A stretch of 64,000 nt of DNA, from the NCBI GenBank assembly GCA_003971905.1, contig RSEE01000073.1, positions 186,001-250,000 on the forward strand, given 5' to 3'. This document shows positions 25,605 to 37,832 of the stretch, piece by piece (position 1 is the first letter of the stretch; every line of letters begins with the position of its first letter). A program made the position numbers and the translations under genes. The DNA is from Moniliella sp. 'wahieum' (taxonomy: Eukaryota). Below the pieces are notes generated by a model. The model was not told the DNA's origin, made no database searches, and saw only the letters and a program-made list of their open reading frames with translations.

Positions 25605-28600
25605 ACACCTTTTCTCTTCGTCTCATCGACAAAGTGTATCAAGCCTAGGTCCCCGCTGGTGCTGACGGCCCCTCACGCCACCTCGGCTAAGCGGCGCATC
25701 AAACGCGGCGCAGGGGCACTGGAGCGCGCAACCCAAGCGCGTCGCACCGCTTCGGGTGTCGGTAGGAGAACCTCTGAACATCCGCCTCGCAGCGCAGACG
25801 ATGATGTGCATATGACTGCGCATCGTCCAGCAGTACAGCTGAGGCAATTCGCTCCCCCTTCATCTTTCCAGCCCCACGCTACATCCCCCCCCCTCTGCCA
25901 TCGGTTGCAGTCCGGCTCTCAACAAGCCCCCCACCCGACACGGCCCACCCCTATCAAATGGCCCCTCGGTGATGGGAAGACATGGTATGGCCACTTGTCC
26001 GCCACAGATGGAGCTTTTATGCAGGTCTTGTGGCCACCAACGCGGCAATACTCAATCGAGAACTACCGAGGTGGTTGCTGGCCGCGCTTCCGAGTGCGGG
26101 GCGGATATTTCGGCGTTCAATCTATATACGTGGATGCTGTCGTGTTTGATGCAATCCAGCATAACGCCAACGTGGGTGGCCCAGCGCTTTCGGTCATTGG
26201 CCATCGACCGGTCATAAAAGGGGGGCTTGAAAGGGTTGTATGCATGCTCGCCCCCACGGGCAAGAACAGCACCGTGAGGTATAATATGTTTGAAGCGCAC
26301 CAATACACCGATTTCTCAACGCGCGAGGCTCCCGACCCAGTCACCATGGCCGACCGCCTCATTCGGGAGGGCTGCCTCAGCCGCGCAGCAAGTACCCTCG
26401 TCGGCCAATCCACCATTGCCCCTCTCACCCCCGAGACCCAGGCAAGCCTGGAAAAGCTCCACCCCGTTGGAGAGGCGAACCCCTTCAGCCTCGGCCCGGG
26501 CACAGCCTTTGGCAACACCACCACCCGCACTCGTCCCACCCACACAGGCCGCGTGGTACCGCCGTGCACCACCCTCACCGACACGACGGACAGTGACCGC
26601 ATCGTGGTGGACTTGGACGAAATCGACTTTGTTGCTTTGATTGCCACATTTAGAATCGACGTTGGGGCAGGTCTATCCGGGTGGACCCAGCCCCTCCTAA
26701 AAACGACCCTTGAATGCAAGCGCTTCGTCGCCTTTCTCACCGCCCTCACCAAGAGTATTTACCACGGCACTGCCCCAGGACGCGAGCTCCTGTTGGCCTC
26801 CCGCCTTACCCCCCTGGAGAAGGCATCGGGCGGCATCCGCCCCATCGCCTGTGGGGAGCTGATCTACCGCCTGTGCGCCAAGGCCATAGCTCGAGCGATC
26901 TCCCCCAACAGCTGGCTTCTCCCCACCCAGTTGGGAGTAGCATCCCAAAACGGGGTGGAGCCTATCGTGCGGATGGTCGAGCGCATGACAGCGCCAGGCG
27001 GGGAGAACGATGCGGAACTGGGCGACTTCAGCCTCGTCGCCATGCTCGACTTTACCAACGCCTTCAACACTGTGCGCCGTCGCACACTCGCCAAGGCACT
27101 CCATGCCTACGCCCCCCATCTCCTCACCTTGGGCCGATGGATCTATGGTTCCCCCACCCAGCTTTGGGTTGCGTCGGGCGGAAATGAGACCAGCGTCCTG
27201 TCGGCAGAGGGCGTGCGGCAGGGCGACCCCCTCGCCCCCTTTTTCTTCTCCATCGCAGTGCGGCCCACGCTAGAGAAGTTGAGCATTGCTCTGCCGCCGG
27301 GGCACCTGGTGATGGCATACCTGGACGACATTACGATTTTCGGTCCAGAGCCAGGCATTACCGGCCAAGCCGCGGAGATTTTGGAAGACGACGCGTCAGG
27401 CCTCAAGCTCAACCTGCGCAAGTGCGTCGAGTGGGACCAGGACCAGATTCGGGAGGATGGTCTGCAGGTTCTGGGCACTTGTGTGGGAGGGGTAGACTGT
27501 CGTCGATCGTGGCTCCGGGCCCAACTGGCCAGTCTGAGGGAGAACATGCCTAAGTTTGATGGCATCACCCGCCAGGGACGTCTCTTACTATGGCGGCTCA
27601 GCACTCAGACCAAGCTGCGCCACCTGCTCCGCACCATGCAGATGGAAGGAGAGCTCGACGACGTGTTGGCCGAGATTGATGCCTTCATCTGTACGGAGTT
27701 CAGACGGATCCGGGGCGACGAGGATCCCCAAGGTGCCAAGGACGACCACTTCGACATGCTCATGAGCCTGCCTCTCCGGCTGGGAGGATGTGGCAGCCCG
27801 CTTTACTCGCATATCGCGCCCCACGCCCGTGCCGCGGCCAACGAGGTCAACGACTATCTTATTACCACTTATGTTGACCGTTCGGGACCGCAAACGGCAA
27901 CGGCCAACGCATTTACGAGGCAACGCCAGCGCTGCCGCGAGATGTGGGAGCAAAGTCGACAGGAGCTGCTCCAGAAGCTGGACGCTGCCGATGGTCGCCA
28001 TGTGGTTGAGCACAGCAACCCGCTGAGCCACAACTGGCTCTCCGCAAAATTCCATCCGTCCCGTACCTTAAGCTCTCTGACCAGGAGGTCCGGGTGGGTC
28101 TCCAGCTCCGCACGCTGTGCCGCACCACGCGCAGCAGGTGCAAGTGCGGTGTCATGTCCTCGCTGGAGCACATCATGTCTTGCACCCGCACCCAGGCCAA
28201 GTTTGGTGCGTTGCATGAGGCAGTGCGGGAGCCCATTCTCCAGCTCATACGCTCCATCCCCGACACTCACGTCCGCAACGAACCTATGGTGGAGGACGAG
28301 GATGGGACGAGGCACGGACCGAGGTCACAGCGCACCGACTACCGTGTGATGGGGCCTGGAGCACTGGGAGGAACCGGAATGGAGGTCGACCACACGCTGC
28401 GCGACACGGGAACGCATGAGGCGCAGAACGCGTACCGGCGGGTGGTACACGAGAGCACTGCGTCGCCTCTGGAACGCCGGGAGAAGGAACTGCTTCGACT
28501 GCTTGAACAAGCAGAATGCGACAAGAACGCCAAGTACCAGGGACGCACTCAAGAGACGTTTTTCCCCCTGGTTTTGACGACGCGAGGATACTACGGCACC

Positions 28601-28880
28601 AAGACAGCGGGCAAGTTGTTTGCGCATTGGAAGGAGTTGGCTACCAAGTCTCAGTGGAAATGGTTCCTCGCTCGGATGTCAACCACGTTCATCCGTGTCC
28701 ACACGCGCTACCTAGGGTACGGGACCGGATGGCGAGAGCCGGAGGGTCCTGATATCCTAGCGATCCCCCTGGTTCCTTGACCTTAGTGGCGCTTTCAAAC
28801 AACCCCCAAGATGAACGGTTCGGTTTAGACGTAGCGTTCCCCCTGTCCCAGCCTTAAGCTCTGTCAATGATATGAATTCA
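25605..28880 (+). mobile_element. Non-LTR retrotransposon of the CRE clade (Cnl1/MoTeR-like): RT + CCHC knuckle + restriction-like endonuclease
   Basis: Intronless ORF with LTPLEKASGGIRPIACGELIYRL, DFTNAFN, GVRQGDPLAPFFFS, YLDD and LPLRLGGCG. After one frameshift (~28060): CKCGVMSSLEHIMSC, HEAVR (RHD-like), RTDY..EVD, KNAKY, FFPLVLTTRG. Element boundaries are approximate. Confidence 0.9.
25659..28780 (+). CDS. Reverse transcriptase-endonuclease polyprotein of the CRE-like element
   Basis: ORFs 25659-28349 and 28094-28780 are joined by a frameshift. RT motifs include YLDD, followed by a C-terminal REL domain. Confidence 0.88.
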
Positions 28881-29257
28881 GAAAGGAAGAAAATGAAGAG
28901 ACGCAATTTATAGAAAGAGCTAAGGTGGCTGTGGCCGGATCAGAGGGAACTGTTGTTCTTCGTTTGACCGCTGTAAGAGTGAATAGGTACAAGAGAGCTG
29001 GTGCTCAAAAGGACAAGTATAGAAAGGAAGAAAATCCAAGACAAAGGGTGTGCTCCAGATAGAGAAAAATGCGGCCGGTTTTGTTAGTGGGCAGAGGGAT
29101 CTCTCTGGCAATTGCATGGGCCATCCAATCGAAGGCGCATGTGTAATACCGAACAATGCCAGAAGAACTGAATGGCGGGGACCAGCAGAAAAAGCGAGGA
29201 CAGTTCAGTCTTCCACACAAGAGCCCATGAAGGAAAGGCCACAGGTGAGAGAGGGTG

Positions 29258-30270
29258 TTAAATGGAATTCAGAGTAGGACCATTGGTAACCGATGCGTAG
29301 CCGACGCAGTTGGAGCTGTGCGGAGCCGGGTGCGCAGACGGGGCGGGCCATTGTGTTGGTAATAGGTGGACAGGGAACCGTTGACAGTGTAAATCCCTGG
29401 CTTCTCGCCAGCGTCGCCGTCACACTCCTCGAACACCCCCCGTCGTAGTTGGCCGGCATGGCCCACATACATCCCATCTCATCGTAAATGTGCTGGCAGT
29501 ATTGTCGCGAATCGTCAGTTTCGCCCCAGACGCATGCCCGCACACAGAATTCCGACGAGGAAATGAAGCTCATCCACTCGGGAAAGCGTTGGTAAAATCC
29601 CCAGAGGGCGTTGGAAAAGACCAACCCGCCCCGGGTTGCCAGAACCAGTCGCACCGTGAGGGTCCAGCTCGCCACCCTCGTCGCGGGGCTTGATGTTGAT
29701 CTTGGTAAAGTCACCCTTGCCGGTTACCTGGAATGTGGAACGTGGTGTCGCCGTCAGCACATCCATACCTCTGTAATATGTATGTAATCCGTCGTATTCG
29801 ACGAACTGTGGCATGGAAACGTACCTGGATATAGTGGGGCGTCTTGAGGAAGTGGGCGCCAGTGATCGTACCGTCTGGAATGAGACGGGTACCATAGCCT
29901 TCCTTGAGACAGTACGAGACCATGACCTCCTCAGATTCCCCCACCGTCTCTCCCGGGCTGGGGAGACCCCACAAGCAGAAGTCGGTAACACTGACAAGAG
30001 GGTTAGCTATCAGGGTGGGCGCGGGTCGCGGCTCGGCAGGAGACGAAAGGGGGGAAGGAGAGCATACCTGTTGATGAAAAGGTTGGCGCAGGCGGCAGTG
30101 GGGTTGGAGGCTCCATAGCGGGCAAGACAGTCGTTGTAGCCCTGCTCACCCCCGGTGGGGTCGACCTTGGCGGGCAGGTTTTCAGGGGTTAAGTACAGGC
30201 CGTTGTACTGGTCCTGGGCCCAGGCTACGGCAGCCACCAGGAGCGGGGTGAGGACAGCGAGACGAGCCAT
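29258..30270 (-). CDS. Secreted Cys-rich protein of the basidiomycete MP88 mannoprotein/macrophage-activating glycoprotein family
   Basis: Signal peptide MARLAVLTPLLVAAVAWA. Motifs DFCLWG, YCLKEGYGTRLIPDGTITGAHFLKTPHYIQVTG.GDFTKINI..DEGGELDPHGA, EWMSFIS..EFCVRAC, YCQHIYDEMGCMWAMP. Two introns and several frameshifts. Confidence 0.82.
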
Positions 30271-30500
30271 GATAACAAGTGGAAGGCAGGGGGGCGAAAA
30301 CGAAACCGAATGGGAGGATCCACAGGACGGGGCAGGCGAAGGGGTGGGGAGAGAAACGGGATGGTGGTGGGTGGGTTTTATACCCAGCTGTACGATCCCC
30401 ACTTGAGCTTCCCTCGCGCCCCCGCGGCTCTGCCCAGCTAGGGAAGGGCACTTTTGCTTGTTCATCGTAGCAGAGTCCCTGCCTCCCTATACCGAGCGCA

Positions 30501-30536
30501 GCGCTGAGCTCAGCCTGAGCGCTGAGGCTGAGCAGG
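30501..30536. promoter_or_regulatory. Candidate upstream element GCTCAGCCTGAGCGC (also at 35035 and 55207, near-match at 1248)
   Basis: An exact 15-mer inverted-repeat motif that I saw only in intergenic DNA, 140-320 bp upstream of ATGs. Confidence 0.45.
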
Positions 30537-32208
30537 CATGCCTCGCCCCCAACACTGCCGTCGAGTTACATGCTCTCCAACACGGCCGCGAGCAAGGATC
30601 ATCGAGATCATCAGGCGATCCAATATCCAATGCCAACCCAGCGCCAACCAGGCGGGGAAGCACGGGCCATCACATGCAGCACAGGGATATACACACCCCC
30701 GACCGCCACCAGCACTGGCCCTGTGTTCTCCCCGTGCCTAGCGTGCCATGTGCCATCTGGCGTCGGGGCATGGCGCCTGTCTGCCCTACTGGGATCGACG
30801 CTGGACCTTGGGCGCTGTGGCTTAAACGTTAAACACGTTAAACGTTAAACAAAGGCTAGCACCGGCTTCAGCACTCCGGCAAGCTGCAAGCTTCTCATGA
30901 TCTCATGCCCTTAATTGGCCTGCTTCCCACCCCATCCTCGGCGGTAGTCTTCTAGCTTCAAGCTTCAAAGCTTTAAGCTTCCAGCTCTTCCCGCCGACGT
31001 CATCGAACTACACACCCAGTCTCGACACACTCATCCTCTCCAGTCGTGTCGTGTGCGCGGGGGCGCGATTTCTCTGCTCTCCACAGGCGCATGGCCAAGC
31101 CTGTTTAGATCTTAGCTGAAGCAGGCGCGAATGAGGTCTCCCCTTTCCTCCACTTGGACCTTTTCCCTTGCTGTACCCGAAAAAACGGCAACCCTCTCCC
31201 CCCCTCTTCCAACAATTCGGGGGTGTGGCCTGTGGGCTTTCCTTTGCACCACCACTCCTGTTGCGTACATACATGTACAGTGCACAGTTCGACTCTACCG
31301 AGCTTGAGCGGCCCTGCGTCATACGCGTCATATCATGTAACATCACATGGCGAAGATTGTGAGCCGACGGTCCTGCTCTCTAGAGCTCATTCTACCAATC
31401 CGTCCCATACTGGCACCAACTGAGACCGAGTTGTCTTCTGCCACTGTATGATCCACTCGATCCACACCCTCCCTCAGATCCTCAGATCCTCCGGTCTCCC
31501 TTCTTTCCAAGCATGCATCACCTTGAAACTTGTATATGCGGTCAGCCGGTCAGATCTCAGAGACGACGCATCGTATGTAAACTGCATGTAAACTCTGGAC
31601 GCTCAGACTCAGCGGCCCCACCCGACCCCCCCACGAATCCTTTTTCAGCACGTTGTGGCAGCTGCGCTGGAATCCAGTTTTTGTTTGTTCGAGAGGGCTC
31701 GAGACCTTCTCCCGTACACGGTTGTGGGCCCTTCCACCCCCCACTGCGAACCAGGCGAACGGTGCCCAAGGCGCTAACTATTCGGACGGCTCTGTAGTAC
31801 CACTAGGCAGAGTACCGACTGCGGAAGTCACTAGACTAGAGGCCGCGTTACAGAGTATACACCTCGCCCACGCCACCAACCAAATGTGGGCGTCACTGTC
31901 TGGCGGTCAGTACTCTGCTTTAGCTCCATGTCTCTGAAAAAGCAGCCGAAGACGACCAGCGGGATACTAGTTACTGTCCAATCCAAGTATCTGCCCCAAC
32001 ACACAAAAGCACAACCCGAAACGTATGCATCGTTGCGATGCCTCGACACCATACTGTCGAGGCGACTGGCCCGCGCGGCCACCAACCCATTCCCGGACAA
32101 ACTAGGTAACCAGGTCGCAAAAGAGGAAAGATCGGTGCCCACAGGGGGGCATTCGCATTCGCTGTCGCACACCTCACCCCTCCCGTGCACGCTTTACCAG
32201 GGCTGGAA

Positions 32209-33587
32209 TCATTCATCAACGTGCTCCCTCGCCCCATGTACGCTCCCGCCTTCGCTCGCCGCCCCGATAGCGCCCATTCGGGTCATCGTACCGCTCCTCC
32301 CCTCCCGGGCACGCGGATCGCGCTCGTACCCGCGCCAGGCGCGAGAAGGTGGCGAACGCGAGCGTCGACGCGAGCTCCCCATCCCGCCCCACCGATCCTC
32401 CGGCCATCCACGCTCACGCTCACGGTCCAGACGTTCACCACGAGTCATGCGGTCAGGGCGATCGGGGCGGTCAGGGCGATCGGGGCGGTCAGGGCGCTCA
32501 GGACGGTCAGAGCGGTCGGGACGCTCCACGCGCTCAGGACGCTCCAGGCGCTCGGGTCGCTCCATGCGCCCAGGACGAACAGGGCCATCAGAGCGCGGTA
32601 AACGCTCACGAGGTTCGGAACGATCTAGGCGTTCAGGGATATCAGGACGATTCAGGCGTTCAGAACGCTGGGGGCGGTCGGGACGGTCAATGGGAGCAGG
32701 GCGGGGAGGACGATCAGGAGGAGGGCCAAAGTCATTGTAGCGCTCGGAACGGTCGTCACGTGAGTTGCGACGCACCGGGGAGCGAGACCGACCACGGGCA
32801 CCACCAGGCATAGCCTCCCCTCCACCTCGTTCGTCAAGGTCCAACCGGTCGCGGCGGTCGCTTGGCTCCCCTCGGTCACGGCCCCAGCCGCGGGTAGGCA
32901 CGTCTCGATCTCCCCGCGCAAGACCATTGTCTCCCCTCTGGCTCTCCTGCCACCCGTCCTTACGGTCATCGCGGCGGATTCCCCACCGTTCGTCCCGTTT
33001 GTCGCCCCACCCTCTGCGGTCCCGCTCCCACCCACGGGAGAGCGGGGGACGTCCCTCCTTCCATACGCGGATGCGCGGTCGTACTCTCCGCCCTGCGCCT
33101 GTTCGCGCTCTTGGTTGAGTCTGCGTTGGGCCTGCGTCGGTCCAAACCAAGCCGCATGACCAATCTTGCTGATCCCCCGACGCACCTCTTCCCACGACGA
33201 CAGGTCCACCTTGACAACCCCATTATCGATTTGTCCGCCGTGCATGCAGCGCACCGCATTGCGCGCGGCCTCTTCCGGGTCGCGCAGGGCGTCGACACCA
33301 AACTTGACGTACGCCGTGCCACGGGACGAACCAGACTTGTGCACCACCACGTCCACCCTCTCCACCGCACCGTACCACTCAAAAATCGAAAGCAAGTGCC
33401 GCGGGGCGACGTTGCGCGTCAGCCCCTGCACCCGCGCCACCGTCAACTTGTGTTCCTCGGCCGACGCTGCCTCGTCCCGCGCGCGAGAGGGTGGGTCCGA
33501 GCGAGGACGCGGGGGATGCGACTGGGACCCACTGGGGCGGCGCACGCCCGGCGCGGGAGAGGCGCGACGCTCCTGCTGGGCATCCAT
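32209..33587 (-). CDS. RNPS1: RRM protein, RNPS1-like (EJC/ASAP splicing factor), with an Arg/Asp/Glu-rich tail
   Basis: RRM ARVQGLTRNVAPRHLLSIFEWYG...SSRGTAYVKF...AVRCMHGGQIDNGVVKV matches the RNPS1 pattern (LTRNV..H..EIF..YG; MHGGQIDG). RS/RD-rich C-term follows a frameshift. Confidence 0.72.
32455..32680 (-). repeat. Coding 9-bp tandem repeat encoding (RPD/RPE)n
   Basis: + strand units tcagggcg(a/c) and tcggggcgg; the peptide reads RPERPDRPDRPDRPDRPDR. Confidence 0.85.
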
Positions 33588-35180
33588 CGTAGCGTCGGTC
33601 GGTCGGAGAGGAACGACGAGGGATGACGATGTTGCGGCACTGCCGCTGCCCCCAACCCACCCCCGGCGCCTGCTCCTCCGCCCCCCGACCAAGGCCGCTG
33701 CGGATTAGGTCAGCATGCGCTTGGACCCCGCCGTCGAGCAGGGCTGCATTTGAAACCAATACCAGGGGTTCTCACTCTCATTCATCAACGTTCAACGAGC
33801 ACTCCACGCTTCGCTTTTCCACAGTCCGTCGCCCTCGCCCATCGCAAGCATTCCATTCCGCCCTTGGACCCCGTGGATTGCTACCCCCCACGCAATCCAC
33901 GCAGCGGGAAACACCGTGTAGTCAATGCGTGCGTATTCCCCAAAATAGGTCTCCATTAGCTAATTCGGCCGGGGAAGATGTGGGGGGGAGAAGGAGCCAA
34001 CTAGAAAAGTGCGCTTTTGAGGAGTCGACGACGGTGACTCGATGGCCTTGAAGCTTGATGCCACTCTGGATATGGCCAACCTTGTTTCGGCCGTTCTGTG
34101 TTGTTGGCAAACAAGCCCCAGACGGACAGCGAGCGAGCTGGCGTTCCAGACAACAGGGGACACCATGCGGCCATTACGTGTTACGCCAACAACAAACAGC
34201 AAGAGACACAGCGTCGATGACAGAGGCGGATGGGAAGACCCCACGAAATGCTTGTGACTTGGCAAGGCAACAGGGACCTGTGGGCACAAGAACGAGGGCA
34301 AGGAGGGCAGCCGAGGCAGTTGCCGTGCTGTTTTTGGCCGCGGTGACGATGTGCTCAATAGGAATGGCCTTGCTGATGCATGGCTGATGAGCGTCGTCTG
34401 GTCGAGGGAGCGCGATCGGTGGGCACCGTGTGCGCGATCTGGCGAATGTGTGATGACAAAGGCGTTTGTAACCAGGCCACGAGCTCAGGGCGCTCAGGCC
34501 GGCCGGGAAGCGGGGGCCCGGTGCTGTCTCTGGCGTGAGGCCGAGGCCGGAGCATGGGCTGGGCGAAGCCTCCCAGCAAAACGCGGGGGAGGACACTGCA
34601 CGTGCGCCGGCCTGCGCTGCGTCTGCTACGCCCGCACGGGGCCAGTGGCGGTGGCCCTGTGTGGACTGGAGGGGCGGGCGCAAAGCGCACAGGTGCCTGG
34701 GCGGGGGCGACCTGCGTGTGCAACCCTATCTGTGGGCGTGGTAAGCGTGATGGGGACGCATGATGTGTGACGTAGTGTGCGTGGCGCGGCAGGGGGGCGG
34801 TGTGCGGGCGGTGCAGCCGGGCGCCAGTGCCGGGTTCTGCCCCACAGCGACGGGCGGACACTGGCGCGGGGCGGCCGGGGCGCGCACCTGGGGCCGGTGG
34901 GGCGCGGGGGCTGTGTGTGCTGGGCCCTGCGCAGCCACGGCGGGGACGCAGGCCGAGAGCGGGTCGCGTTTAACCCCGCTCGCGGGCCGGCGTGGGCACG
35001 CTCTGGGCAGGCACGGGCGGGCGCTGTCTTCCTGGCTCAGCCTGAGCGCTCAGGCTCAGCAGCCCAGCAGCCCAGCAGCCCAGCGCAGCCACACCCGCCC
35101 GCCGCTGCCCCTCCCCATCAGCGCCCAGCCCAGCACCGGCGTCTGTCCCAGCGGCCACCGCCCTCCAACCCACCACCACC

Positions 35181-36858
35181 ATGCTCTCCTCGGTCTCCGG
35201 CCCCTCCGCCACCCCCCGCGGCCTCTCCCCCGCCATGCCCCCCGTCCACACCCCCGACATGCGCCCCTTCCCCCCGCTCCCCGGCGCCACTGACCTCCCC
35301 CGATGCCTGTCCCATACGAGGGTGCGTGTCTCTATTCCTGCCCCCCGTTGCCCGGCTGACCCACCGTCCTCCCCCAGACTTTGAGGTCGACCTTGCTCTG
35401 CCCGACCAGATGACATTTGCTGAGCTCGAGGCCATCCTCGCCGGCGAAGGCGCTGTTCCTGAGGACGCCGACCTGCTCGCCTCCCACCCGCACTTTGCTA
35501 CCGACGCATGGCCCTTTGCCCTCTCGCGTCCCGCCTCCCCCTCGGAAATGCGCCACTGGCTCACGTCCCGACAAGCCTCCCGCAACGCCTCTCGCGTTGT
35601 CTCTCGCGCCGCCAGCCCAACACGAGGCAACCCTTCTCCCGCCCCGCTTCCCCCGCACCATGTCCCCACTGTCCCCGCCCCCGCCCCCGCCCCCGCCCCC
35701 TCCCGCTCCCGCTCCCGCTCCCCCTCGCCCCCACCCCTACTACCGCCCTGCCCCCCGCCTCTTCCGCTCCCGTACAAGATCTCCCCCGCGCTGCCCCGGC
35801 GCCTGAACAGGCGGCCGGCACGACCACCCCCACCCGCACCCCTCCCAGCCGAGCCAACACGCTCAGCCCCGTTCGCTCCCCCTCGGCCTCGCCGTCGCAT
35901 GATCCCAAGGCCTTGGCCGGGACTGAGGCGATGCAAGTGGACGAAGCGCCTGTGCCTCCCCCTCCTGCGGTCGGCTTTGCGTTCCCGCCTGCGCAGGATG
36001 CCATGGGGCTAGGATTCCAGCCCGGTGGCGGGGGCGGACTGTTTAGTGCCCAAGAAAAGCAACTGCTCAACAGCTTTCTTACCGAGTTGGAATGGGCCTT
36101 CCACCCTGACTTGCCGGCGCATATGCCGACGTATGCTGCGCCGCCGCCCACGCAGCCGCCTGCCCCACTTGCTGTCCCGCCCCCCGCGCCCCCCTGCACC
36201 AAGGGAAAAGAAGGCCAAGGTGGACCTTGACACGAGCAAGAAGCGACGGCCCAACCCTTCTCCACCACAAGCCACCCCGGCCCAGTCCGGCCCGGCGCCC
36301 AGCACCTCGACGCCTTCCACAGCCGAGCAGCCGGCTACCCGGCGCTCTTCGCACATTGCCTCGGAGCAGCGCCGAAGAGAGAACATTCGCGCTGGCTTTG
36401 TTGAGGTGGTGGAGCTGCTGGAGCTGGGGCGCAAGTACGGTGCTCGCGCCCTCGGGTTGGCAGCTGGCGCCGGGACGGGGGTGGAGGACGAAGGGCTGGA
36501 CGACCGATCGGATGAAGATCGGCATGTATCCCCGTCGGCCTTGTATGCGATTCCGCAAGGTACGGATGGCGCGTTGGCCGGGCCGGTGGATACGGCCGCA
36601 TTGGCCGCGGTGCCCATCCCGGCGCCCTCGAGGCGAAAGAAGCGCTCGCGCGACGTGGATGATCATGCGGGACGCGGCCGTGGGCGCGGCGGGAGTGCCG
36701 GTGGCGAAGCCGGCAGCAAATCCGCCGTACTCTTCCAGGCCGTCGACTTTCTTACTTGGCTCGAGGGAAGGAACGAGCTGCTCGAACGACAATGTCAGGC
36801 CCTGGCCGCTTTGTTGCCCGACCATATGCGGGAACAGGTGGAACGCTCCCTCCCTTGA
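35181..36858 (+). CDS. bHLH transcription factor (Ino4/MLX-like basic region, long loop), Pro-rich N-terminus
   Basis: Basic helix RRSSHIASEQRRRENIRAGFVEVVELL and helix 2/zipper SKSAVLFQAVDFLTWLEGRNELLERQC. Intron at ~35322-35378. Frameshifts in C-runs. Confidence 0.82.
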
Positions 36859-37832
36859 GGCTCGCGTTGAGCCCCGGCCTGGTGGCCTGCACTACTCGGA
36901 CCCAGTCTAGTCCTAGCCTCGCCGACCGGCCTGACACGGACGTGTGGGAGCTCATGAGGCATGGCGCATCATGCATCCTGCATCCACCCCGTTCAGTGGG
37001 CACGTCCGTGTGTTCTTTTCGAGTACCCTCTATCGCATCTCCCTTTAGTCATTCATTCTGTGCTGTAGAAGTGGCCTGGGACGAGCAGGAGGGCTGGGGA
37101 TGCAGTGGGGCTCCGAGCTTGGCCCGCGCGCTTGGTGCTTATAAGAAGGCGTTTGCTAGCCGGAGGAGATCGATGATTAGCACATCACGTGACCGGGGAC
37201 CGGGTTGGCGCGGTGCGTGGGCCGGCAAAAAGGTAGGGGATGCGTGCGTCGTCGATGATCGTCTCGGGTGTTCTCTGGAGTAGCCGGAAGGTTTGAGAAG
37301 CAATTTGACATGTGGCCACCGCAGCGGGTGGCAGGCACATGCCATCTCTCCTGTCCGCCACTTGAGCTTGCTTGGCCGAGGTACGTTGAGGCTGAGGCGG
37401 GGGGAGCCGAAGACGAAAGCCACACATTCCACATTCCACCGTGTGGCCAATCGTCAGCGATCATCGTAGCCATGTCACACGCCAGCGAGCCAGCCAGGCG
37501 GCGCTGCTCGCAGGACAGATGGGCAGGCGGGTCTGCCCCATGCGTCCCCACACTGGCCCAGCGCACCCGAGCGAGGCGAACCCTAGCCGCGTCTGCTGGC
37601 CGCCAGGCGAGTGTGGCGCGGCAGGAGTGGCCCCGGACGCAGGCCGAGGCACGGCGGCAGCGCCACGCTGGCAGCGCACCCAGCACGCTGGGCGCTGGAA
37701 ATGCTGTCAGCAGCAACGCAGCTGAGGCGCAGCCGCCCAGGCCAGAGCCACTAGCATCCGCCCGCCGCTGCTCCCCAAGTCGGGCTGTGCGCTTCGGTTC
37801 TCCACCCGGCACGCACGCACCACCTACGCCCC

